A stretch of DNA of 58,229 nt from a virus (taxonomy: Duplodnaviria > Caudoviricetes): positions 1 to 58,229 of IMG/VR virus record IMGVR_UViG_3300043434_000302; one strand, given 5' to 3'. This document shows, piece after piece, positions 18,487-24,971 of this stretch. The position numbers and the translations under genes were made by a program. The notes under the pieces were generated by a model. It saw only the letters and a program-made list of their open reading frames with translations. It had not been told where the DNA came from and made no database searches. Positions within the stretch are counted from its first letter, which is position 1, and each line of letters opens with the position of its first letter.

Positions 18487-18559
18487 GAAGGTGGCAGGAT
18501 TCGAACCTGCGCTCGCGGTTTTGGAGACCGCTGCTTTAGGCCAGCTAAGCTACACCAAC
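18483..18559 (-). tRNA. tRNA-Trp(CCA)
   Basis: D stem GCTT/AAGC; anticodon arm GCGGT-CTCCAAA-ACCGC; T arm GCAGG-TTCGAAT-CCTGC; G73 and encoded CCA; two U.U pairs in the acceptor stem. Confidence 0.88.
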
Positions 18560-18669
18560 ACAGTGACCCCGCTAGTGTGCTTCACTACTCAGTCGATCAG
18601 GCTTTTCACATCGAGAGGCCAGCGGGGTCTATCTCTCCCCATTACCTTCTATCGCCTACATGATCAACA

Positions 18670-18710
18670 GACGGGATCGCGGCCCTTGGATTTTTCCGCC
18701 GAAATTTTAG
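18670..18710 (+). repeat. third copy of the GACGGGATCGC...TTTTTCCGCCGAA motif
   Basis: Shares GACGGGATCGC with 18080-18090 and the TTTTTCCGCCGAA core. Confidence 0.85.
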
Positions 18711-18970
18711 GCGAAATTGATCAGGGCCAAGCCTACTGTCACCGCCAACCAGATCACCCGCTCTGCCATCTTGACCGCACCAGACTGATTCGTCGCTGCC
18801 TTCTCGAGCAGCCTCAAACGATCCTCATGATCGTCGATGGCGTCCCTGTGTCCATGCAGGCGTTCATCCACCCGCGACAGAAGCTTCAGCGCATCTGCAA
18901 TGGATTTCATCTCATCTTCTATGCGCCCAAGGCGATGGTCAATTGCTGGCAAATCCACTGCGGTTCTCAC
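18707..18970 (-). CDS. coiled-coil protein with C-terminal TM helix
   Basis: 87 aa; heptad pattern followed by VIWLAVTVGLALINFA. Confidence 0.65.
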   Translation of the reverse strand: MRTAVDLPAIDHRLGRIEDEMKSIADALKLLSRVDERLHGHRDAIDDHEDRLRLLEKAATNQSGAVKMAERVIWLAVTVGLALINFA

Positions 18971-19059
18971 TGGTTAATCACTGCGTCTTCCATATCATCG
19001 AGCGCTCTTTTACGCGAGAACAAACAAAGTTTTTTCGAAACTTTTTCAATACGTTATTC

Positions 19060-19130
19060 GTCATGCCATAAAAAAATACAAAAAAATGTTTGGGGGTGGG
19101 TTGACACATCAAAATACCTTCGACTATTAA
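19060..19130 (+). promoter_or_regulatory. putative strong early promoter with upstream A-tracts
   Basis: TTGACA (19101-06)-N18-TATTAA, with phased A-tracts at about 19070-19086. Confidence 0.6.
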
Positions 19131-19134
19131 CTAG

Positions 19135-19175
19135 GTCGTCGGCAGCGACACAAAACACTGACCCGCTCTTTGACA
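19135..19175 (+). promoter_or_regulatory. rrn-type antitermination leader (boxB-like hairpin + boxA)
   Basis: Hairpin GTCGT-CGGCA-GCGAC, then CGCTCTTTGACA (19164-75), close to boxA TGCTCTTTAACA. Confidence 0.6.
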
Positions 19176-19187
19176 TTGTGAAACGCT

Positions 19188-19223
19188 TGATACCTACGGG
19201 GGCTCCGGTCCCCGCTAGGATCA
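19188..19223 (+). ncRNA. leader hairpin, divergent variant of the repeated junction motif
   Basis: TGAT-A-CCTA-CGGGGGC-TCCG-GTCCCCG-CTAGGATCA; GCTAGGAT matches GCGAGGAT at 6 of... the same position relative to the inner stem, differing at one base. Confidence 0.45.
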
Positions 19224-19272
19224 TCACACCGCAGTCCGCTGCCGTCTGGTGATTTTAGCAAGGAGAAAGTAA

Positions 19273-19491
19273 ATGAATAAACAAGTTCTAATCGACGCCG
19301 TCCGCGATCATGCACTGGCGAACTACAACAGCAACGGCTGGGATTATCTGGTTGAGTGCTGGGAAGACGGAGACATCCTCGAGGTGATCGAGGGTGCCAC
19401 CAGCGAGAAGCAGGCCATCGCCAAGGCCAAGAAAGCTCTCGCACCGCTCGACGAATATCGGAGTGAGGTTCGATCATCCGGCGAGTGGTGA
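19273..19491 (+). CDS. early hypothetical protein
   Basis: 72 aa; AAGGAG RBS. Confidence 0.8.
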   Translation: MNKQVLIDAVRDHALANYNSNGWDYLVECWEDGDILEVIEGATSEKQAIAKAKKALAPLDEYRSEVRSSGEW

Positions 19492-19495
19492 TCCA

Positions 19496-19545
19496 CTGAC
19501 TTCCCCAGACCGTGGGGTTCTGCTCCACGGCGAGGATGAATTCAG
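19496..19545 (+). ncRNA. unrecognised junction hairpin, copy A
   Basis: CTGACTTCCCCAGA-CCGTGGGG/TTCTG/CTCCACGG-CGAGGATGAATTCAG. Confidence 0.75.
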
Positions 19546-19560
19546 CAAAGGAGAAAGTAA

Positions 19561-19743
19561 ATGCGTTACCCAATCATCGATACCACCCGCAGCTACACCG
19601 TCGAGCGCAACGTCTACGGCGACGAGTACGCTGGCTGGACTGTAGTTGAGCACTGCCCAGTACATGGCCTGCAGCCGTGGGAGTTTGTCCACGCAACATA
19701 CGATGAGGCGAAGGACAGTCTGGAAGCGTTCTTCGCGGACTAA
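19561..19743 (+). CDS. early hypothetical protein
   Basis: 60 aa; AAGGAG RBS. Confidence 0.75.
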   Translation: MRYPIIDTTRSYTVERNVYGDEYAGWTVVEHCPVHGLQPWEFVHATYDEAKDSLEAFFAD

Positions 19744-19794
19744 TCATTAACGGGGGGGGCTTCGGCCCCCAATAATCCAAGGAAGGTAATTAAT

Positions 19795-20004
19795 ATGACC
19801 AACATTGAAGCAATTATGCGCACAGCCGATCAATTGATCTTTGCAGCCGATGGCTATGCAGACGACGAAATGGTCTGGTTCGACAACGAACGATGGTTCG
19901 CAGGACGGCTGCGCGAGATGGCCGATGATCTTATCGATGACAACATCGAAAGCTGGGCCGTCTTCCAGCTAAACAAGGCGCACGCCGCTGGCTTCAATTA
20001 CTAA
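19795..20004 (+). CDS. early hypothetical acidic protein
   Basis: 69 aa; GGAAGG RBS. Confidence 0.75.
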   Translation: MTNIEAIMRTADQLIFAADGYADDEMVWFDNERWFAGRLREMADDLIDDNIESWAVFQLNKAHAAGFNY

Positions 20005-20048
20005 CACCACCAGACGGCGGAGCGATCCGCCGCGAGGATGGCGCTAGT
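20000..20048 (+). ncRNA. unrecognised junction hairpin, copy C
   Basis: ACTAACACCACCAGA-CGGCGGA/GCGA/TCCGCCG-CGAGGATGGCGCTAGT; same core, different stems. Confidence 0.7.
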
Positions 20049-20070
20049 GCCAAATACGAAAGGAATGTTT

Positions 20071-20445
20071 ATGTCTTTGAATTGGGATGTCTCGAAGATC
20101 GAGAACAACAAGGAAGTCTGCTTCACAGGTGAGGGCGACAATCGCTGCCTCGATCCCGTGACCAACACGTTGATCTGGTACACGTTGTGCCTTGGCATTG
20201 GCGAGATCAGCGAGAAAACCGTCGATGAGTTCTACATTCGCATGAACCTGTTCGACAGGCTCAGCACCGGACCCATGCACTGGGAGGCTGCAGGCTATCG
20301 CTCGATCACTCTCGAGGAGCTGCGGCAGCACATTGGCCTACACACCAACGTAGGTCGCGGTGAAGCACGCAGCAAATGGTTCAAGCGCAAGGTCGACGGC
20401 GTTGTCCGCGATCTCGAGTATGACCTGCGCAAGCAAGTCGCATAG
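20071..20445 (+). CDS. early hypothetical protein
   Basis: MSLNWDVSKI...; AGGA RBS 6 nt before ATG 20071 (ORF is open from 20038). Confidence 0.8.
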   Translation: MSLNWDVSKIENNKEVCFTGEGDNRCLDPVTNTLIWYTLCLGIGEISEKTVDEFYIRMNLFDRLSTGPMHWEAAGYRSITLEELRQHIGLHTNVGRGEARSKWFKRKVDGVVRDLEYDLRKQVA

Positions 20446-20504
20446 TCGAAACCCCTTCGGGGGTCTGGTACGGACTGACCGCCTGCCACTGATGAGACTG
20501 GTCG
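20443..20504 (+). ncRNA. type II hammerhead ribozyme HH1 (predicted cut after C20465)
   Basis: GTC-GAAA-CCCC/TTCG/GGGG-TC|TGGTA...TGCCA-CTGATGA-GAC; complete catalytic core. Confidence 0.9.
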
Positions 20505-20517
20505 AATGGAGATCAAC

Positions 20518-20691
20518 ATGATTGACGGATTAAAAACATTTTGTGCTGGCTTGGTCGTTCTGATCATTGCCAGCCTCATCATCGTCCAGCCCCGCTACAT
20601 TGGCTATGGCTGCAAGAACGCAGATGTTCCGCTGTTCGCTAAGTACGAAAGCGACTTCCCCACATGTGAGCGGATCGAACCAATTTTCTAA
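20518..20691 (+). CDS. small membrane-anchored early protein
   Basis: N-terminal TM segment and two further Cys; GGAG RBS. Confidence 0.7.
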   Translation: MIDGLKTFCAGLVVLIIASLIIVQPRYIGYGCKNADVPLFAKYESDFPTCERIEPIF

Positions 20692-20703
20692 GGGAGAGCA
20701 CCA

Positions 20704-21033
20704 ATGACACAAGTTATCGATCTTGAACGCTTCGCCACCAAGGGCGAGGTCACTGTAGTGAAACGTCTGGTCCGCATCGTGCTCGAGCGCGGATACATTG
20801 TCAGCATCAATGACGGCGAAGAGTGGACCGTCAAGCTCAGCACTGACCGCAAAGAGATTCTGTCCGCCCTTGGAACCACTGGCGAGGACATCATCCGCCT
20901 TTACAAGGACGGCGAACGGGCCGGATCGATCTGGCTGGTCTACGGCAACGCTGAGGACGGCAGCGAGCTGATCGCGGATCACAGTGACAACGAGGCATGC
21001 CACAGCATCTACGCTGAGGTGTACCCCAACTGA
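20704..21033 (+). CDS. early hypothetical protein
   Basis: 109 aa; GGAG RBS; V..NDGEE...WLVYGN....ELIADHS pattern. Confidence 0.8.
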   Translation: MTQVIDLERFATKGEVTVVKRLVRIVLERGYIVSINDGEEWTVKLSTDRKEILSALGTTGEDIIRLYKDGERAGSIWLVYGNAEDGSELIADHSDNEACHSIYAEVYPN

Positions 21034-21080
21034 CTTCCCCAGACTGCGGTTCTTCGGAGCCGCAGCGAGGATGAATTCAG
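21030..21080 (+). ncRNA. unrecognised junction hairpin, copy B
   Basis: CTGACTTCCCCAGA-CTGCGGTTC/TTCG/GAGCCGCAG-CGAGGATGAATTCAG; flanks identical to copy A, inner stem different. Confidence 0.75.
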
Positions 21081-21094
21081 CAAGGAGAAAGTGA

Positions 21095-21277
21095 ATGACC
21101 GAAGAGAAACTGGATGACTACACCGCCGTCATGATCTGCGAAGGCGTCGAAGATGCGGACTATGACCGCACCGTCGAAGCTTGGCAGTACCTGCATGACA
21201 CTGGCCTTGCCTACCGCCTCCAAGGATGGTTTGGCCGCTACGCTCAGTCGCTGATCGAACAAGGGATCATTGGCTAG
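21095..21277 (+). CDS. early hypothetical protein
   Basis: 60 aa; AWQYL.DTGLA..LQGWFGR.A..LIE.G motif; AAGGAG RBS. Confidence 0.8.
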   Translation: MTEEKLDDYTAVMICEGVEDADYDRTVEAWQYLHDTGLAYRLQGWFGRYAQSLIEQGIIG

Positions 21278-21278
21278 C

Positions 21279-21340
21279 AGTCGAAACGCCTTCGGGCGTC
21301 TGCGATGGGATGGCCTCCCCGCACTGATGAGACAGGCCAT
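21279..21340 (+). ncRNA. type II hammerhead ribozyme HH2 (predicted cut after C21300)
   Basis: GTC-GAAA-CGCC/TTCG/GGCG-TC|TGCG..GGG-ATGGCCT-CCC-CGCA-CTGATGA-GAC-AGGCCAT. Confidence 0.93.
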
Positions 21341-21354
21341 ATATGGAGAATGAC

Positions 21355-21618
21355 ATGGATGATGATGATTATATGGAACTTGGTGGCCTAATCGGCGAGT
21401 ACGGGATTACAAACGTCTTTAGCGCCGCGCTGGCCCATCAAGAGCAGTACTTCGAAGAAAGGCTGGCTGATTTGCTAAAGGCTGCTTCTAATGCCTTAGC
21501 CGATCTTGAAGGCATCATGCCGGAGTTTGAGCCAAGCGGTGATCGCGAGCATCCCGCATGGCAAACCATCACCGATCTTCGAAATGCAATTGAAATGGCG
21601 AAGGCAGGCTTTGAATAG
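21355..21618 (+). CDS. early hypothetical acidic protein flanked by identical ribozymes
   Basis: GGAG 6 nt before ATG 21355; the stop TAG overlaps HH3. Confidence 0.75.
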   Translation: MDDDDYMELGGLIGEYGITNVFSAALAHQEQYFEERLADLLKAASNALADLEGIMPEFEPSGDREHPAWQTITDLRNAIEMAKAGFE

Positions 21619-21678
21619 TCGAAACGCCTTCGGGCGTCTGCGATGGGATGGCCTCCCCGCACTGATGAGACAGGCCAT
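21617..21678 (+). ncRNA. type II hammerhead ribozyme HH3 (predicted cut after C21638)
   Basis: 62/62 identical to HH2. Confidence 0.93.
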
Positions 21679-21694
21679 GTAAGGAACAAGAATA

Positions 21695-22069
21695 ATGAAA
21701 ATCGTGTCTATACATTTTGACGGGGCAACCCGTTTCCAGAAGCCGTATGCCTACCTAACCGACATCGACGATATCAGTGTCGGTGATACCGTTGTCGTGG
21801 ACTCTCCGCATAACGGATTCGCATGCGTGAAGGTTGTAAGCATCGGGGAAACTGCTGAGCAGATCGAGAAGGCCCACAAGTGGATCGTCTGCAAAGTTGA
21901 TACCACATCGTATCTTGAGCGCTTGGAACGCGAAGAAAGGCGTAAGACCGTTATCGCAAAGCTCAAGAAGCTCGAGCAGCACCTTGTCGAAGAGGATCGT
22001 TTCGCGATGCTGGCTAAGCTCAGCCCAGAGGCATCCGCCCTACTCGAGGAGCTCAAAACGCTGAAGTAG
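21695..22069 (+). CDS. early hypothetical protein
   Basis: 124 aa; Y.Y.TD....VGD.VVV...KWIVCKVD followed by a coiled coil; AAGGA RBS. Confidence 0.8.
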   Translation: MKIVSIHFDGATRFQKPYAYLTDIDDISVGDTVVVDSPHNGFACVKVVSIGETAEQIEKAHKWIVCKVDTTSYLERLEREERRKTVIAKLKKLEQHLVEEDRFAMLAKLSPEASALLEELKTLK

Positions 22070-22128
22070 TCGAAACGGGCTCAGGCCCGTCTGGCGGGGT
22101 TGCCTCCCGTCACTGATGAGACAGGCAA
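22067..22128 (+). ncRNA. type II hammerhead ribozyme HH4 (predicted cut after C22091)
   Basis: GTC-GAAA-CGGGC/TCAG/GCCCG-TC|TGGCGGG-GTTGCCT-CCCGTCA-CTGATGA-GAC-AGGCAA. Confidence 0.93.
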
Positions 22129-22139
22129 AGGAGACTGAA

Positions 22140-22220
22140 ATGACTGACAACAAACTGCACGTAGCAATACGCTGCGGCATCTTCGCGATCATCGTGATTG
22201 CCGCCAACATTTGCGCATAA
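22140..22220 (+). CDS. 26-aa hydrophobic peptide
   Basis: AAGGAG RBS directly after HH4; MTDNKLHVAIRCGIFAIIVIAANICA. Confidence 0.55.
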   Translation: MTDNKLHVAIRCGIFAIIVIAANICA

Positions 22221-22223
22221 GCC

Positions 22224-22382
22224 ATGCAGTGGCGCGTGATCCTGATGGCGGATGGCAAAAGCGCTGTCCGCCACGTCAAAGCCAACAGCGCAGCCCTCGC
22301 GAGATGGAACGCTATCGGCGACTACAAACTAGAGACGGGACTAGATGCCACGGTGGCTCACATCGTGCGTACCAACCGTTAA
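22224..22382 (+). CDS. 52-aa hypothetical protein
   Basis: MQWRVILMADGKSAVRHV...; begins 3 nt after the previous stop. Confidence 0.5.
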   Translation: MQWRVILMADGKSAVRHVKANSAALARWNAIGDYKLETGLDATVAHIVRTNR

Positions 22383-22395
22383 TGTATTTATATGC

Positions 22396-22424
22396 TTGAC
22401 GCATAAAACCAGCGTCATTATGGG
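22396..22424 (+). promoter_or_regulatory. putative promoter with overlapping inverted repeat
   Basis: TTGACG-N17-TATGGG; TGACGC-N9-GCGTCA at 22397-22417. Confidence 0.55.
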
Positions 22425-22446
22425 CATTTATAGAAGGGAATCGATT

Positions 22447-23316
22447 ATGAAACAGGACGTTTACGAAACGGTCACCAACAAGGTGCTCGAGATGATGGAG
22501 ACACATGGCGCGAACTGGATCAACCCGTTCGCTCGCAAGGGCAAAGCCCTCCAGCCACACAACATCATCAGCAAGAAGCCATACCGTGGCATCAACCACA
22601 TGATGCTGCTCTGGTCACCATATGAAACGTCTGCTTGGGGAACCTTCAAGCAGTGGAACGAGAAGGACTGCAAAGTCCGCAAGGGTGAGAAGTCCACCCC
22701 CATCGTTTTCTGGCAGTTCATCGAGAAGGAAGACGACAAGGGCCAGAAGGTCACCATCCCTTTCCTTCGTCAGTACTATGCATTCAACGTAGCTCAGGTA
22801 GAGGGTGACTTTGCTGAGCGTCTATTGACCTGTACAGATAATGGTACAGGTGCAGAGGATATCGCGGCGGCTGAGGATTTTTTCCGCCAAATCCCTGCGG
22901 ATGTACATCACACACCAACTGGTCGTGCGTACTACAACCCCATGAACGACTTCATCAGCATGCCAAGCAAGGATGTCTTTGAAGATACGCCGACAAGCAC
23001 TGCGACTGAGAGCTACTACAGCACACTGTCACATGAGCTGACGCACTGGACGGGTCACACGTCACGTCTGGATCGCCTCACCAAGTCGCGCTTCGGTGAC
23101 GAAAGCTATGCACGGGAAGAGCTGGTCGCTGAGATCGGGGCCGCATTGCTGTGCGCCCACCTCGAGATCAGTTCCTCGCCTCGCCCAGATCATGCCCAGT
23201 ACCTCAACGGATGGATGAAGGCGCTGTCAGATCACAAGAAGGAATTCGTATCAGCAGCAGCGGCTGCATCTAAAGCAGTCGATTTCGTAATTGAAGCAGC
23301 AGGAAAGGAAGCCTAA
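22447..23316 (+). CDS. ardC: ArdC-family antirestriction protein (ssDNA-binding + zincin-like domain)
   Basis: YRGIN, WGTFKQW....VRKGEK, YYSTL.HELTHWTGH..RL.R and YAREELVAE motifs. Confidence 0.92.
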   Translation: MKQDVYETVTNKVLEMMETHGANWINPFARKGKALQPHNIISKKPYRGINHMMLLWSPYETSAWGTFKQWNEKDCKVRKGEKSTPIVFWQFIEKEDDKGQKVTIPFLRQYYAFNVAQVEGDFAERLLTCTDNGTGAEDIAAAEDFFRQIPADVHHTPTGRAYYNPMNDFISMPSKDVFEDTPTSTATESYYSTLSHELTHWTGHTSRLDRLTKSRFGDESYAREELVAEIGAALLCAHLEISSSPRPDHAQYLNGWMKALSDHKKEFVSAAAAASKAVDFVIEAAGKEA

Positions 23317-23711
23317 TGATTACCAGAATTACACCGCACAAAAGCAAGTTGCGCATTTCTTCGGACAGTGTCTGGCCCCTACGCAGTGCAACGGGGCGGA
23401 CGTTTGCTGAGGAACGGAAAAACAGCATAGGAGGAAAGACTGTGACATTGAATGACCACGTAGCATCCGCCATCAAATCATTGGAGGCGGCGAACGAGAT
23501 CAGAGCAGCCCATGCGTCTCTGCCCTACAGCCAGCAGCCACAGGTTCATGACGAACTACTGATCCAATTGCTGGAGGCGATGATCGAGTTCGACGAAGCA
23601 CCGCAGGGAACCATCGAAGAGCTCACCCGCGAGGATGAACAGTACACAACCCGTTTCCCTCTGCCAGACGATGCTGAGTGGGATTACGCCGTTGCCATAG
23701 GTGCAGCATGA
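23316..23711 (+). CDS. hypothetical protein
   Basis: ORF in the early run; true start uncertain (an internal GGAGG near 23430 suggests a later GTG). Confidence 0.6.
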   Translation: MITRITPHKSKLRISSDSVWPLRSATGRTFAEERKNSIGGKTVTLNDHVASAIKSLEAANEIRAAHASLPYSQQPQVHDELLIQLLEAMIEFDEAPQGTIEELTREDEQYTTRFPLPDDAEWDYAVAIGAA

Positions 23712-23842
23712 GCGACTACTTCAAGCTACTAGCCAAGTATGTGCCGCCAATGCCTGAGCAGCATTTGTTAAAGCTCAATAGTGAGCAGCTACGTGCATAT
23801 GAGAAGTCCCGCAACAAGCTATCAGAGGAGCGGCACAAATGA
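23708..23842 (+). CDS. 44-aa hypothetical protein
   Basis: ATGA overlaps at both ends. Confidence 0.6.
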   Translation: MSDYFKLLAKYVPPMPEQHLLKLNSEQLRAYEKSRNKLSEERHK

Positions 23843-24288
23843 GCGACATTGAAACCGAAAAGTTTAGGCAAATTGGCATAGACCTGATTAACGAATATCG
23901 TCAGCAACGTGGGATTAGGCTACTCGATTGGCTGGTAATCGACACCCCTGAAACTAGTGCCTTTATCCGCTCCATCCAACTGCACGAAAAAACCAAGCAG
24001 GAACTTGCCGACTGCAAGCAGGAACTTAGCGACTTCCGGCAAGAGGTGAGCGATGCGGTTGTGTCAGTTTGCGCACAGCGCTTCTGTGAAAACTCTTGGA
24101 CTGTTGGCGATAGGCAAGACCACGTTGATATGCTTCACCGCTTCATCATCCCCAAGCCCAAGCCTGACCCGCTGGTGGCTGCGCTAGAGGGTGTGACGTT
24201 TGACCATTACCCACTTAACGACGCCAAGACCATCCGCGCCGTGCTGGACGCCGCTGGCTTTGAGATAAGGGAAAAGAACGATGTGTAA
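23839..24288 (+). CDS. hypothetical protein
   Basis: 149 aa; GAGGAG RBS; internal 21-bp tandem duplication (KQELADC/KQELSDF). Confidence 0.7.
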   Translation: MSDIETEKFRQIGIDLINEYRQQRGIRLLDWLVIDTPETSAFIRSIQLHEKTKQELADCKQELSDFRQEVSDAVVSVCAQRFCENSWTVGDRQDHVDMLHRFIIPKPKPDPLVAALEGVTFDHYPLNDAKTIRAVLDAAGFEIREKNDV

Positions 24289-24631
24289 TGAACACGAACG
24301 CTTTTACAAAACCGTTCCAATAGTCGGCACGATACCGGCGAACAGCAGCGGCGGAGGCGGCACTGGTTTGCAGACTGTGGTCTGCGGCAAAGTTGCAGCG
24401 GCTGGCACTGACCGAATTGGTGGGGCTGGCGTTGTGATGCATACTGTTGTCGTGGACGCACAGAGCAATGCGCTGCGTGAGGAGAACGAACGGCTGCGTG
24501 AGCATTTAATCAGCGCACTTGATACGTTGAAAGACGCAGAGGTCTGTGATGACAACTGCGGCCCCTGCAATGAAGCCCGTGCAGAACTGGAAGCCCGTGG
24601 GCTGGAGATAAGGGAAAAGAGCGATGACTGA
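24281..24631 (+). CDS. hypothetical protein
   Basis: 116 aa; overlaps its neighbours; CxxxCxxC. Confidence 0.65.
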   Translation: MCNEHERFYKTVPIVGTIPANSSGGGGTGLQTVVCGKVAAAGTDRIGGAGVVMHTVVVDAQSNALREENERLREHLISALDTLKDAEVCDDNCGPCNEARAELEARGLEIREKSDD

Positions 24632-24971
24632 ATATGGACGCATACACACAGACGGAAGCCGCTCCGGTGGGCAGCCTTTGATCAAGACAGAAGCAATGGA
24701 CAACCTGATTGCACAGGATGCAGACTTGATTGACGTTGCCTCCAAGGTGACGGAAGCAGACCGTGAAGTTCTTATTCGCATCAGCAATTCAGATGACGAA
24801 ACTGCCCAGCGCATCCGGCGCGGACTGATATACACATGGGAAGTCGGAGAGATTGCCCGTCACCGCCTAGAAGAACGCGCAAAGATTGTGGCGTGGCTGC
24901 GAGAGCAAGATGGGCATGGATACGACGCGATGCGGGCCGACTGCATTGAAGCAGGGGAGCATTTGAAATGA
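24624..24971 (+). CDS. hypothetical protein
   Basis: 115 aa; ends ERAKIVAWLR...ADCIEAGEHLK. Confidence 0.7.
   Translation: MTEYGRIHTDGSRSGGQPLIKTEAMDNLIAQDADLIDVASKVTEADREVLIRISNSDDETAQRIRRGLIYTWEVGEIARHRLEERAKIVAWLREQDGHGYDAMRADCIEAGEHLK

Noticed and set aside
18483-18559. Suppressor tRNA or stop-codon reassignment
   Set aside because: The anticodon is standard CCA, and genes are intact under the standard code with TAA, TAG and TGA all used as stops.
18476-19252. 258-aa plus-strand ORF
   Set aside because: It runs antisense across the tRNA and a credible gene and through the early promoter, with no RBS or recognisable motif.
21077-21678. Two minus-strand ORFs starting with the same peptide MACLISAGRPSHRRRPKAFRL
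   Set aside because: They are the antisense translation of the identical HH2/HH3 repeats and overlap well-supported plus-strand genes.
19496-22128. CRISPR-like array
   Set aside because: The repeats are 50-62 bp structured elements separated by whole genes, not ~30-bp repeats with uniform spacers; no cas genes are present.
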